Assembly (NCBI GenBank): GCA_964512915.1
Contig: CAZEKJ010000005.1
Coordinates: 10,394-74,393, forward strand
Source: an uncultured Porphyromonadaceae bacterium
GTDB taxonomy: Bacteria; Bacteroidota; Bacteroidia; Bacteroidales; UBA12481
Length of the DNA: 64,000 nt
Direction: 5' to 3'
In this document: positions 16,947 through 26,458 of the stretch, piece after piece
How positions within the stretch are numbered: the first letter of the stretch is position 1
Layout of the letters: every line of letters begins with the position of its first letter
The notes under the pieces: model-generated
Seen by the model: only the letters and a program-made list of their open reading frames with translations
Told to the model about the DNA's origin: nothing
Database searches by the model: none
Program-made: the position numbers and the translations under genes

Positions 16947-17705
16947 TCATCCGAACCTTCCCGTAATGTAATTCTGTGTCCGAAGATCCGTTGGATTTGT
17001 AAAGATAACTTTGGTTGAATTCCACTCAACCAGTTCACCCAGATAAAAGAAAGCTGTATAGTCGCTGATACGCCCCGCCTGTTGGAGGTTGTGCGTTACA
17101 ATAATGATTGTATAATGATTCTTTAGCTCAAAAATAAGATCTTCAATCTTTCCGGTACTGATCGGATCGAGGGCCGAAGCAGGCTCATCCATCAGGATCA
17201 GGGCGGGTTCAACGGCCAAAGCACGGGCAATGCAGAGACGTTGCTGCTGGCCTCCCGAGAGCTCCATGGCTGATTTCTTAAGTTTATCCTTCACTTCATC
17301 CCAAAGCGCTGCCTGTTTAATCGAGCTGATAACCTGCTCTTCAATATGATGTTTGTCGGTCATTCCATTCACCCGCAATCCATAGGCTACATTCTCGAAG
17401 ATTGTTTTTGGAAAGGGATTGGGCTTCTGAAATACCATTCCCACCTTTTTCCGGAGACCGTCAACACCAATGTTTCTGGCATATACATCATGCCCGTCCA
17501 CATAAACTTCACCGGTAAAGTGCATCCCGTCAATCAGATCATTCATCCGGTTGAACATCCTCAGAAGGGTCGACTTTCCGCACCCTGAGGGGCCTATGAA
17601 GGCAGTAACCGTATTAGCCTCAGCAGTAAACTTAATATTTTTCAGTGCCTGAAAATCACCGTAAGACAGATTCAGGTCTTTAGTCTCTACTTTATGGTCA
17701 GACAT
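16947..17705 (-). CDS. pstB: phosphate ABC transporter ATP-binding protein PstB
   Basis: Walker [10 protein letters not shown], signature [14 protein letters not shown], Walker B ILMDEP. The PstB-typical N-terminus is [14 protein letters not shown]. Confidence 0.95.
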   Translation of the reverse strand: MSDHKVETKDLNLSYGDFQALKNIKFTAEANTVTAFIGPSGCGKSTLLRMFNRMNDLIDGMHFTGEVYVDGHDVYARNIGVDGLRKKVGMVFQKPNPFPKTIFENVAYGLRVNGMTDKHHIEEQVISSIKQAALWDEVKDKLKKSAMELSGGQQQRLCIARALAVEPALILMDEPASALDPISTGKIEDLIFELKNHYTIIIVTHNLQQAGRISDYTAFFYLGELVEWNSTKVIFTNPTDLRTQNYITGRFG

Positions 17706-17706
17706 A

Positions 17707-18564
17707 TCAGTTCATCTTGGTTTTTTTTCCGGCTACCTTGCGAACCAGGTTTGCCAGAAGGTTCAGTATAAGCACAATCACGATCAGCACGAAGGCGGTT
17801 CCATAAGCCATCGGTCTGGATTCCTCAACATTGGTGCCGCTTGTGGTCAGAACGTAAAGGTGATAGGGAAGCGCCATAACCTGGTCAAAGATCCCTGAAG
17901 GTAGCTTGGGGAGGAAATAGACCGCAACGGTAAACAGGATAGGGGCAGTTTCTCCTGAAACCCTTCCAATCGATAGAATCAGCCCTGTAAGAATATTCGG
18001 AAAGGCAACCGGTAAAACAACCTTTCGGATTGTTTGTAACCGGGTGGCTCCCAAAGCATAACTACCTATCCGGAGGGTATCATCAACCGATTTTAATGCC
18101 TCTTCCGTGGTGCGTATGATAACCGGAAGTGCCATCAATCCCAGCGTGAGCGAACCGGCAATGATGGAATCCCCGAATTTCAGGGTGTTCACAAATAGCG
18201 CCATGCCGAACAGACCGAAAACAATACTGGGTATGCCCGCCAGGTTGTTGGTCATGGTCCGGATGAATTTTTTGAGAAAAGTCTCTTTGAGGTATTCATT
18301 CATGTAAATAGCAGAAAGAACCCCTATCGGAAATGCGAAGATCATGCTTCCGGCGATCAGGCACAAGGTGCCTATGATTGCGGGATATATCCCCCCGCCC
18401 GTCATTCCATCCTTTGGCATGGTGGTCAGGAATTCCCAGTTGATGACCCGGATTCCTTTCATGATAATGAATCCCAGGATCAAAAACAGGATTGCCACCA
18501 CCATCAGGCTAACCAGACGGAAAAAGCTGAAGGCAATGCGTTGCCTGATCTGTTTCCGTGTCAT
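17707..18564 (-). CDS. pstA: phosphate ABC transporter permease PstA
   Basis: 285 aa, six TM segments, EAA-like loop ([22 protein letters not shown]). Operon position also fits. Confidence 0.9.
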   Translation of the reverse strand: MTRKQIRQRIAFSFFRLVSLMVVAILFLILGFIIMKGIRVINWEFLTTMPKDGMTGGGIYPAIIGTLCLIAGSMIFAFPIGVLSAIYMNEYLKETFLKKFIRTMTNNLAGIPSIVFGLFGMALFVNTLKFGDSIIAGSLTLGLMALPVIIRTTEEALKSVDDTLRIGSYALGATRLQTIRKVVLPVAFPNILTGLILSIGRVSGETAPILFTVAVYFLPKLPSGIFDQVMALPYHLYVLTTSGTNVEESRPMAYGTAFVLIVIVLILNLLANLVRKVAGKKTKMN

Positions 18565-19754
18565 ATTTTCCGGGTTTTAACAGTTTGAACGAGCAGGTTG
18601 AAAACAAATGTAATCAGGAAGAGAATAATCCCTAATGCGAATAATGCCTTGAAATGCGTTCCGCCAAACGACGCTTCACCAAGTTCTGCCGCAATGGTGG
18701 CAGGAATGGTCCTTACTGGTTCAAGAAAAGAATCAGGAACCACCGATGCATTTCCGGTAACCATCAATACAGCCATCGTTTCACCAACAGCACGACCGAT
18801 GCCGAGGATGACCGCAGCAATAATTCCTGATTTTGCGTAAGGAATGGTCACTCTTACCAAGGTTTGCCAGTGGGAAGCACCCAATGCCAGGCTGGCTTCT
18901 TTCATGGCCCGGGGTGTGGTACGAATGGAATCTTCAGCTATCGTTATGATGGTAGGCAAGGACATGATAGCCAGGATAATACTGCCGGCAAGAGCGGTCT
19001 CTCCAACATCCAGCCTGAATACCTTCTGAATGAGTGGAACCAGCACCACCAACCCAAAAAAACCGTAAACCACCGATGGAATGCCGGAAAGCAATTCAAC
19101 AACGGGTTTAAGGATGTTGCGGAGCCGAGGGCCGGCTACTTCGGCCATATAGATGGCTGTGATGAGTCCGATTGGCAGAGCCAGCAGGATGGCACCGATA
19201 CTAACCCACAACGTGCCCAGGATCAAAGGCAAGGCTCCGTAGACGGCCGCCGGTTGTGAGGTCGGATACCACTCCACGCCTGTGATGAACTCCTTTACTG
19301 TGATTTTTTTCAGGGGAATCAGCTTTTCACTGAAGCCCTCCTTCAAAAAGGTGTCAGGGAAATAGGCTATTACTCCCTTGTTTTCCTTTACATATTTCTC
19401 AATAAGGTTGGGAAGGTTCACATAATTGGCCCCGAGTTCCTCTTCTGAGAACTGACCGGCGAGATCGTCTATTGATTTTATAACGATCTCTTCATCAATT
19501 CCGCCTACCTCTTTCCAATTGGTAATATCCTGATTGAATATGTCCTTCACCTGTTTCGAGGTGAGTTGGCTAAGAGAGTTTGAAGAATTAACGACCATCA
19601 CCAGGTGCTTCTCCACTGCAGTCTGATTGAACAGGCCGATCCCCTCACGGAACAGGAATATTACGACCAACAGCACGGTCACTGAGGTAACCATGCTGCT
19701 GGAAAACAAAACGCCCCGCGCAATTTTTTCGATAAACCGTTTAAACGGATTCAT
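18561..19754 (-). CDS. pstC: phosphate ABC transporter permease PstC with an extra PstS-like periplasmic insert
   Basis: 397 aa. The C-terminal two-thirds are PstC-like (AEDSIRTTPRAMKEASLALGASHWQT). Residues ~50-150 resemble part of the neighbouring PstS, sharing ITNWKEVGG. Confidence 0.85.
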   Translation of the reverse strand: MNPFKRFIEKIARGVLFSSSMVTSVTVLLVVIFLFREGIGLFNQTAVEKHLVMVVNSSNSLSQLTSKQVKDIFNQDITNWKEVGGIDEEIVIKSIDDLAGQFSEEELGANYVNLPNLIEKYVKENKGVIAYFPDTFLKEGFSEKLIPLKKITVKEFITGVEWYPTSQPAAVYGALPLILGTLWVSIGAILLALPIGLITAIYMAEVAGPRLRNILKPVVELLSGIPSVVYGFFGLVVLVPLIQKVFRLDVGETALAGSIILAIMSLPTIITIAEDSIRTTPRAMKEASLALGASHWQTLVRVTIPYAKSGIIAAVILGIGRAVGETMAVLMVTGNASVVPDSFLEPVRTIPATIAAELGEASFGGTHFKALFALGIILFLITFVFNLLVQTVKTRKI

Positions 19755-19772
19755 AAATGGGTAAAAGCCTTG

Positions 19773-20600
19773 TTATTTTTTTAGGGGTACATAACCGGTT
19801 TCCAAAACAATCTTCTGCCCTTCAGGAGAAAGGATATAGTTTATAAAGGGTGAAACCGTCTTGTCTAAACTTACTAGGTAATAGTAATAAAGAGGTCGGC
19901 TTATGGGGTATGTTTTATCCATTGCGGTGGTCACAGTAGGAACAACATAGGTTTTTCCCTTGTCGTAAGAAACTTTCAGTGATTTGATGTTTTTTTCAAG
20001 ATACGCAAGACCTACGTAACCTATCGCGCCCTTTGTCTGGCTTATCGACTGCACAATCGCTCCGGTAGCCGGCATCAAAAGTGCATTGGCTGCAAAATTC
20101 TTTTTGTTAAGAACATGCTCCTTGAAAAATTCATAGGTTCCGGAACTCGTTTCCCTTGAATAGGTTACGATTTTCAGGTCATCACCACCAACTTCCTTCC
20201 AGTTTGTGATCTTCCCTGTGTAAATGCCCTCAAGCTGTTCACGGGTCAGCTGGCTCACCGGGTTCGAAGGATTAACAATGACAGCCAAAGCATCATAGGC
20301 GATAATTACCTCCTTGAATGCTTTTCCTGCCTCCTGCATCTTCAGCTTCTCGTCCATTTTCATGGGGCGGGATGATTGGGCAATATCGGTTGTTCCGCTT
20401 AAAATGGCGGATAATCCTACTCCTGAACCACCACCGGTAACTCCGATGGAGGCGTTCGGGTTCTTTTTCATATACGCTTCAGCCTCAGCCTGTGATAGCG
20501 GAAGAACAGTATCACTGCCTTTGATCTTGAATGCCTGTGCCTGTAAGAGGGCCGGCAGTAAAATTGCCAGCACCATCAGTTTTAACAATTTGCTTTTCAT
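19773..20600 (-). CDS. pstS: phosphate-binding protein PstS (PBP family)
   Basis: Signal peptide, then GSDTVLPL, GGGSGVG and SRETSSGTYEFF motifs. Confidence 0.85.
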   Translation of the reverse strand: MKSKLLKLMVLAILLPALLQAQAFKIKGSDTVLPLSQAEAEAYMKKNPNASIGVTGGGSGVGLSAILSGTTDIAQSSRPMKMDEKLKMQEAGKAFKEVIIAYDALAVIVNPSNPVSQLTREQLEGIYTGKITNWKEVGGDDLKIVTYSRETSSGTYEFFKEHVLNKKNFAANALLMPATGAIVQSISQTKGAIGYVGLAYLEKNIKSLKVSYDKGKTYVVPTVTTAMDKTYPISRPLYYYYLVSLDKTVSPFINYILSPEGQKIVLETGYVPLKK

Positions 20601-20649
20601 TTTTATATGCTTTTCAGAATGGTTAAATTAACCTTTTGTTTTGTGATTA

Positions 20650-21975
20650 TCAGAATTTGTATTGAACACGAAGAGTAAAAATATTGTCATGCCGATCAGT
20701 GGAAAGATCTTTCAGAGTACTCGGATTGGTAATAGCAGATGTGGTCTCGTTCATCACATAATCGTAATAAGCCGTGATCCGCACCTGGCTGTTCCATTTA
20801 TAAACCAAACCAAGGCCAAGAGTTGAATATTTAATATCAGCCGCTTGGGTAGCTTTGTTTTTCCCGGATATTTTAACGCCGATATCGTTACCTGAAACGG
20901 CTGTGTTCGGATCATAAAAATCATACTTTACGATCGTCTGAAACCTTGTATGCAGCAGGTTCTGGATCCAATAAAAGTAGGCTCCGTTAAAATTCCGGAT
21001 ATAGGCATCAGCCGGTTGAGCGGCAGGACTCGCAGAGCTGGCTACCACACCTGGCTGGGTTCCCATGATAAACTCACCTCGAAGCTGAGTAAGCCCAAAA
21101 GGAAAATCAATGGACAACTGTGCATCAGCTCCGTAATACTGCCTCCGTAATTTGTCGCCAATGACTGAGCCGGTTGAATCGACCGTGAAGGCCATTATGT
21201 TGCCCTCAGAGAGAGCCACATCGTTCATCGAATAGTTGTATTTGGTTCCCTGCCTCCAGCCGCCATTATAATATGAGACTCCGAGACCCAACTTGATTCT
21301 TTCATTCCGGCTGCTTTTGTTGATCATCAGGTGGCTGATGAAATCCTTGTAACGGTCGAAATCCACACCATTGGGTCCGATACCATTGTATAAGCCCGCA
21401 TCGAACTTGATGAAATTGAATCTTGATGTTTTCGGGGGCTGGAAGGTAAATTTCGCACCCAGGTCACGTTCACCCGGGAACAGGGTCTGAAACATCCTCG
21501 AACGTTCGGGGCTTTCCCTTGAGCTGGAGGAATAGGAAATCTCGTATCCGAACGGACGATCCATCACTCCGGCTGTAATGGCGAAACAATTCAGCCAGGG
21601 ATCAGTGAAGCTTACATACGCATCCTTTATCCCGACGCCTTTTTCGGTAACATCCACCTGAACCACAAACTGCGAGAAGGAATAATCGTAAGCCAGCTTG
21701 AAGCGGCCGCGACGAACGGCAAAACGGTTGTCAATACCGGCCGGAAAATTGCCACCGGCAAAAGATTCAATGCCAGCTGTGTCAGCTTTTTGGAACTGTG
21801 CCTGGATATAGCCGGTGATCTTTAACCGGCTTAAAAGGGCGATGTCAGTCTGGACCTTCTCAACCGCAGCCGGAAGTGTATCTGCTAACTTTTCATCCAG
21901 GACCTGGGATTTCAACTCAACACCGGAAATCAACAAACAGGCCAGAATGGCACTTAAAATCTGCCGTTTTTTCAT
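20650..21975 (-). CDS. outer-membrane porin, probably phosphate-selective (OprO/P-like)
   Basis: Beta-rich sequence ending in ...RVQYKF (aromatic C-terminus). It heads the pst operon. I prefer the start at the ATG at 21975 (MKKRQILSAILACLLISG, a signal peptide) over the track start at 22050. Confidence 0.6.
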   Translation of the reverse strand: MKKRQILSAILACLLISGVELKSQVLDEKLADTLPAAVEKVQTDIALLSRLKITGYIQAQFQKADTAGIESFAGGNFPAGIDNRFAVRRGRFKLAYDYSFSQFVVQVDVTEKGVGIKDAYVSFTDPWLNCFAITAGVMDRPFGYEISYSSSSRESPERSRMFQTLFPGERDLGAKFTFQPPKTSRFNFIKFDAGLYNGIGPNGVDFDRYKDFISHLMINKSSRNERIKLGLGVSYYNGGWRQGTKYNYSMNDVALSEGNIMAFTVDSTGSVIGDKLRRQYYGADAQLSIDFPFGLTQLRGEFIMGTQPGVVASSASPAAQPADAYIRNFNGAYFYWIQNLLHTRFQTIVKYDFYDPNTAVSGNDIGVKISGKNKATQAADIKYSTLGLGLVYKWNSQVRITAYYDYVMNETTSAITNPSTLKDLSTDRHDNIFTLRVQYKF

Positions 21976-22074
21976 GTCGGATTTTGCTATGATCAAATTC
22001 TTTTTTACCGTTACAAAGAGACTGCTGAAATGTGAACCGGAAGTTACCACAATATTAAGAAAAGGTTAAGGACA

Positions 22075-22115
22075 GTTGCCGGTTTCCGGTTGCCGGTTAC
22101 CGGTTGGGCCAGAAC
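22075..22115. repeat. heptamer array GTTGCCG/GTTTCCG/GTTACCG + junction GGCCAGAAC (22107-22115)
   Basis: Counted by hand. It is the inverse partner of 22199-22230. Confidence 0.9.
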
Positions 22116-22189
22116 TGTCATCCCGGCGAAGGCCGGGATCTCCTGCCTCAGAGTATTTTCAGGAGATTCCGGTTTTCACCGGAATGACA
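22116..22189. repeat. 74-nt three-hairpin module closed by TGTCAT/ATGACA (two GTCATCC-type hairpins in inverted orientation around a central hairpin)
   Basis: H1 is ATCCCGGC-GAAG-GCCGGGAT (22120-22139). H2 is ATCTCCTG-14 nt-CAGGAGAT (22138-22167). H3 is ATTCCGGT-TTTC-ACCGGAAT (22166-22185). All three stems are perfect 8-bp. Confidence 0.8.
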
Positions 22190-22198
22190 TCAGTGCCA

Positions 22199-22230
22199 TA
22201 ACCGGCAACCGGTAACCGGCAACCGGCAAC
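22199..22230. repeat. heptamer array TAACCGG/CAACCGG (~4.6 units)
   Basis: Its last unit, CAACTA(G), supplies the TAG stop of the gene at 22230. Confidence 0.9.
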
Positions 22231-24422
22231 TAGTCCTCCACCATTCCCCCTGGCCCGGCCAGCCTGAATTCCACCTTCCACTCCTTCGGCCAGGCAGGGA
22301 ACCGGAGAACCTCATTCCCATACCATTGAACGAGCATCCGCTGGAGGGCTATCATGGCAACTGTGCCATGGTCCTGATCGGGCGACCAGTCGTAATTCGG
22401 TCCCCAGAATGCCGGAAAACGGCACTCCGGATCGGAATGTGAAAACTTATCAATCACCAGAGCTGCTGCCTCTTCAGCAAGTCCGAGACAGGCCGCCTGG
22501 ATTGCACTGTGCTGCCAGCCTATGTTCATCGTGTGTCTGCGGTTCTCGTAGGTCCGGATGGCCAGGTCAAGAAAAAGCTCCGAAGGGCCATATATACGGA
22601 AGGGGAAAATAGCATAGAGTTCGGGGTTTTCAATATTGGCAAGCCTTGCGGAGTTGCGGGCCGGAGCAATGACACTTTCCTCACCGATTTTTCTCAATGG
22701 AATTTCAGGTATTGCCGCGGATAGCAGCTTCCACCTTTTTTTCAGGTCCCTGCCAACCAGGGAGTCCGGAAATGTTAGCATGTGACGTGTTATGCTCATG
22801 AGCCCGGCAATATCCGGAGTGGGATCCACAGCCGTCTGGTAGGTCTCAAGTGCCTGGGCCGGGGTGAAAAGGATTTTCCCTTCAATATCCCGGGGCCAGT
22901 GCTGGTCGAAAAAGGTGAGGATCTCGGTCACAAACGGAACCAGGGTGTCCCTGGCAAAACCAGTTCTTTGGGTAAACCGGTAATAATCAATCATCATCTC
23001 ACTAACCTCGAGCCCGCCCGTCCAGTAATAACGGATATAGGTGTTCTGAGTCAACCCGTCGGGCATGCCCTCGCGATTCCTGCCGTAATTATCATTGGTA
23101 TAGGTGCCCCAGAAATACATGGTTTCCGGATAAAAAGCCCCGTCATGGCTGTAATACTTCTTTGTTGCAGCCTTCCGGAGCGGCAGGGCATCCATATACA
23201 TTCTGAACAACGGTGCCATCATTTCAAAATCTCCTGCCTGCAGCATCGACCAGTAAGGAAGACGGGTGTTTTGAAACCAGTAGGGCCCGCCCCACAAGCG
23301 AAAATCGGCATCAAAACCTTTGCGAACTGAACGATTATAAGTGTCAACGGTAAAAATCGAGCCGTTGAATTTTATAGGCGAGCCTCCCCGGCCGGAACAG
23401 GCGTTCATAAAACGCTGAAGAATATAGCCGCGGGTCACGGTTTCGGCCGACTTTGCCGGACCCTCCTGATCGGCACTGATAAAGATGTAGCTCCGGGTCC
23501 AGAAATCAGTCCACCAGTTACGGTGGTTCCGGATCCGGATTTCCGGCACTGTCTTTCCGATTTCCGAAATCCGGGTATCCAGGCTTTTCTGCCACTCTGC
23601 CAGGGGCTTCGAGGTAGTCGTTAAAGGATATACCAACAAGGTAAACTTTCTCGAATTGCTTATACTCTTAAGCTTCAGCTTTGATTCAGCCTGCATTCCG
23701 GAACCTTCAATGGCCGCGCCAAAAATGCGTCCGAGGAGCGGATCGGCAAGGCTGCCGGTCATATCACCCAGAGCCTGCAGATTGAGATTGTCGGCCCAGA
23801 TGGAACGGCTGTTCCGGTGAAACCAGGTCAGCCTTCCTCCCGAAGCGGGCAGGATCGAGTCGGGATCGATGACCACGGGCTCTCCTTTTGCCTGCTGCAT
23901 GCCATACACAGCGGGCAGCTCATCGGGATTGCTCATGATCCGCGGTGCCGTGCGCCAGGGCTCCAGCAAAACTTCTGCTGCAAGCGGCCGGCCGGATTCA
24001 ATTGCCACCTCGGCAAGCGGATGGTTGGCATCAGCCCGGATAACGATCTCAACAGGTTCCCCGGCTGAGCCTCCCTTTATCCTGATCTCCCCACGCTCAA
24101 GGTCAAGTTCCTGGCGGAAAAGATTTCCCTTTGTAAAAGGATTGGGAGTCAGCCGTATACGAACCTTTCCAAGCTTAAGTAATTGGGCATTCTCACTCCA
24201 GGCATCGGTCTTTGAAAGATAAAACAGCAAATCACCATCCTCTTCCACCCAGACATTCATTCCGATATCACCATTACCCACAGGCATGGAGCCCAGTGAA
24301 TTCAGGCTCGGGGTTTCCCAGATGACATTATACTTGCGGAGTTCCCGGATCGGGTCAAAGGTCTGGGCGGCCAGCAGCTGCACAACCAGCAGCATAGCCC
24401 AAAACAGGCTGAGCTTTTTCAT
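22230..24422 (-). CDS. secreted DUF5703-type protein (GH95-like six-hairpin glycosidase candidate)
   Basis: Signal peptide. The N-terminus YNVIWETPSLNSLGSMPVGNGDIGMNVWVEEDGDLLFYLSKTDAWSENAQLLKLGKVRI matches my recollection of the DUF5703 N-terminal domain. The family name needs an HMM check. Confidence 0.55.
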   Translation of the reverse strand: MKKLSLFWAMLLVVQLLAAQTFDPIRELRKYNVIWETPSLNSLGSMPVGNGDIGMNVWVEEDGDLLFYLSKTDAWSENAQLLKLGKVRIRLTPNPFTKGNLFRQELDLERGEIRIKGGSAGEPVEIVIRADANHPLAEVAIESGRPLAAEVLLEPWRTAPRIMSNPDELPAVYGMQQAKGEPVVIDPDSILPASGGRLTWFHRNSRSIWADNLNLQALGDMTGSLADPLLGRIFGAAIEGSGMQAESKLKLKSISNSRKFTLLVYPLTTTSKPLAEWQKSLDTRISEIGKTVPEIRIRNHRNWWTDFWTRSYIFISADQEGPAKSAETVTRGYILQRFMNACSGRGGSPIKFNGSIFTVDTYNRSVRKGFDADFRLWGGPYWFQNTRLPYWSMLQAGDFEMMAPLFRMYMDALPLRKAATKKYYSHDGAFYPETMYFWGTYTNDNYGRNREGMPDGLTQNTYIRYYWTGGLEVSEMMIDYYRFTQRTGFARDTLVPFVTEILTFFDQHWPRDIEGKILFTPAQALETYQTAVDPTPDIAGLMSITRHMLTFPDSLVGRDLKKRWKLLSAAIPEIPLRKIGEESVIAPARNSARLANIENPELYAIFPFRIYGPSELFLDLAIRTYENRRHTMNIGWQHSAIQAACLGLAEEAAALVIDKFSHSDPECRFPAFWGPNYDWSPDQDHGTVAMIALQRMLVQWYGNEVLRFPAWPKEWKVEFRLAGPGGMVED

Positions 24423-26083
24423 TGCAGGGATTTTAAGAGTTCAGTTTTCACTGAGCGGTATGCGGAAATGTCTGTATTATATTGATTAAAAGCCTGGAAC
24501 AGTCTGTCTGTCAGCTCAGAAGCCAGATCGGGGTTCTTCTTTTTTAACTGCATCAGGAGTTCATAATCCTCCATGCCAATGCGGTGAGCTTCAAAACGAA
24601 GACTCGACAGCGGTCCCGCCAACCCCGGATAAATAATGTGTGAGTCACCGGCGGGAAGAAAGTTCTTCTCATCCCCATGCTGCCTTACCAACTCATCAAA
24701 TGGTTTGCCCCGATGATGATTCAATCCCCAGTGAAGGAATCCCTGAAGGTCATATTTCGAGCAGGCCCAGCCCACATAGACCTGGCGCAGCCGCTCCTGG
24801 TCCACCAGCCGGTTGATCCAGGGGCCCCCGGGAATCAGACAGGTGTATACCCAAACCTCATCCCCGGCCGCACGGCGCTCCTTGAAAAACTCCATGTTAG
24901 CCTGATAATCCTGCACCTGTGGACACCAGAAATCGACAATCCCGGCCAGACTCACCGTCATGGTTGCCTCCAGAATTCGGATTCCCGGATCCAGGCTCTT
25001 CAGAACCGCAGCGGTAGCCTTATACCGTTCAATATACTCCTCCGTCGGTTCATCAAAAATTCCCTGAGCCCAGCTTTTGTCCCAGCCGTTTTCCTTTAAC
25101 CGCGCCAGGATTGGGCTTGCCATGCTGCGAAAAATTCTCAATCCCTCTTCGGACAGCATCGGGATCTCTTTGCCGTTTTCTGCCGGTACAGCCAGCAGGA
25201 AGGCATCCGATTCCCAGTTTCGCCTGCGTGCAAACGGCGCACCCTGAATGGTAGTGAGACCTTCATCCAGAAAAGTACGGATATAGCGGTCGAACCGCTC
25301 CCCGTAAAATTCCACCACTCTTCCATCGGGATTGAATCTGAAAAAATCACTCCAGATAAACCAGAACCTATTCTGCCTCCCTTTGGCCATCAACCGGGCA
25401 TAGTTGCCCAGCATCGCCCAGAAGGGTTCACTCCAGATCTCAACCCCGTGATCCGCAGCGATCCTGCCGTTGCTGTGCCAGTTAACGTACTTAAGGTGCG
25501 CCCCCTGCAGGGGCGGAACCTGGACAGGATATACTTTTACTGTAAAAGCCAGTTTCTTGTGGAACCCGGGCGTTGAAACCTCAATGGTGTAATCATTTAA
25601 TCCGATGTTTGCCCCCGCATCAATGGGAATTTCGAGGCGATAGGCTTCAGTTTCCGATTTTATCCCGATAGGCGATGCAACAGGGTCCATCGCCTCGTAA
25701 ATCCGGAAGGGTGCACGTCGGATCACATAGGGATTGGTTTTTCCTGAAAACTTCTCAGTACGACTGTCAAGTCCCGTGTTCTCTGCAACCGGAACATCCA
25801 CAAGACGATACCAGGTTGATTCAGGTGCTTTGCCGCCCGAACCGAAAACCCTGAATGACAGTTCATTCCCGGGTTTCAGTCCGTTAAACAGCAAATGAAC
25901 CGAGGCAATGGTTCCGCGGGCTGCATCGACACTGAAACGCATGACCGGGGTTGTAATTTTTGTATCAGGATAAATGGCAGCCAGTTCATCGTACAGGGTG
26001 ACCTTCACCCCTGCCTGAGCCGAAATGGTCATGAGGCAGAAGAGGGCCAGGGTGGCGGTTTTAGCAAAAATTCGGGTATTCAT
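24419..26083 (-). CDS. secreted DUF4091 / GH123-like glycoside-hydrolase-domain protein
   Basis: The EVWVYTCLIPGGPWINRLVDQERLRQVYVGWACSKYDLQGFLHWGLNHH block resembles DUF4091. I prefer the start at the ATG at 26083 (MNTRIFAKTATLALFCLM) because the track's GTG start at 26110 lies inside a repeat array. 4-nt overlap with the downstream gene. Confidence 0.55.
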   Translation of the reverse strand: MNTRIFAKTATLALFCLMTISAQAGVKVTLYDELAAIYPDTKITTPVMRFSVDAARGTIASVHLLFNGLKPGNELSFRVFGSGGKAPESTWYRLVDVPVAENTGLDSRTEKFSGKTNPYVIRRAPFRIYEAMDPVASPIGIKSETEAYRLEIPIDAGANIGLNDYTIEVSTPGFHKKLAFTVKVYPVQVPPLQGAHLKYVNWHSNGRIAADHGVEIWSEPFWAMLGNYARLMAKGRQNRFWFIWSDFFRFNPDGRVVEFYGERFDRYIRTFLDEGLTTIQGAPFARRRNWESDAFLLAVPAENGKEIPMLSEEGLRIFRSMASPILARLKENGWDKSWAQGIFDEPTEEYIERYKATAAVLKSLDPGIRILEATMTVSLAGIVDFWCPQVQDYQANMEFFKERRAAGDEVWVYTCLIPGGPWINRLVDQERLRQVYVGWACSKYDLQGFLHWGLNHHRGKPFDELVRQHGDEKNFLPAGDSHIIYPGLAGPLSSLRFEAHRIGMEDYELLMQLKKKNPDLASELTDRLFQAFNQYNTDISAYRSVKTELLKSLQ

Positions 26084-26096
26084 TTTGGTTGGGGCG

Positions 26097-26125
26097 GTGT
26101 CACGCGTCACGTGTCACGCGTCACG
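26097..26125. repeat. short tandem array GTCACGC/GTCACGT (~4 units)
   Basis: GTGTCACGCGTCACGTGTCACGCGTCACG. It contains the TGA stop of the DUF190 gene. Confidence 0.8.
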
Positions 26126-26456
26126 TTTTATGTCTGTAAACGAAAACCTCAATATCTTCCAGTGTAATCAGTCCCTCCGTGACCACCTCTTCCAGGAAGG
26201 GCAGGATCAGCCCGATTTTCTCCTCGGTGTCGACGATCTCAATGACCAATGGCATATCTTCCGATAGCCGCAGCACTTTTGATGAGTGGAGTCTGCTGTT
26301 GGCCCCGTATCCCATGATGCCTCTCAAAACGGTAGACCCGGCGAGGTTCAGCTCCCGGGCTTTGAAAACAATGGTCTCAAACAGAGGCTTACCCTTGTGA
26401 ATATCAGCTTCCCCGATAAATATCCGGAGAAGCTTTCCATGTTGTGGTAATTTCAT
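26121..26456 (-). CDS. DUF190 (PII-like) protein commonly partnered with CrcB
   Basis: LLRIFIGEADIHKGKPLFETIVFKARELNLAGSTVLRGIMGYG. I prefer the start at the ATG at 26456 (MKLPQHG), 2 nt after the crcB stop. Confidence 0.75.
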   Translation of the reverse strand: MKLPQHGKLLRIFIGEADIHKGKPLFETIVFKARELNLAGSTVLRGIMGYGANSRLHSSKVLRLSEDMPLVIEIVDTEEKIGLILPFLEEVVTEGLITLEDIEVFVYRHKT

Positions 26457-26458
26457 AG

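Noticed and set aside
22116-22189. tRNA or tRNA-like gene, because of the 74-nt, three-hairpin, closed-stem shape
   Set aside because: It lacks the conserved T-loop (GTTCRANNC) and D-loop features. The adjacent hairpins share nucleotides, and the arms are members of the dispersed hairpin family.
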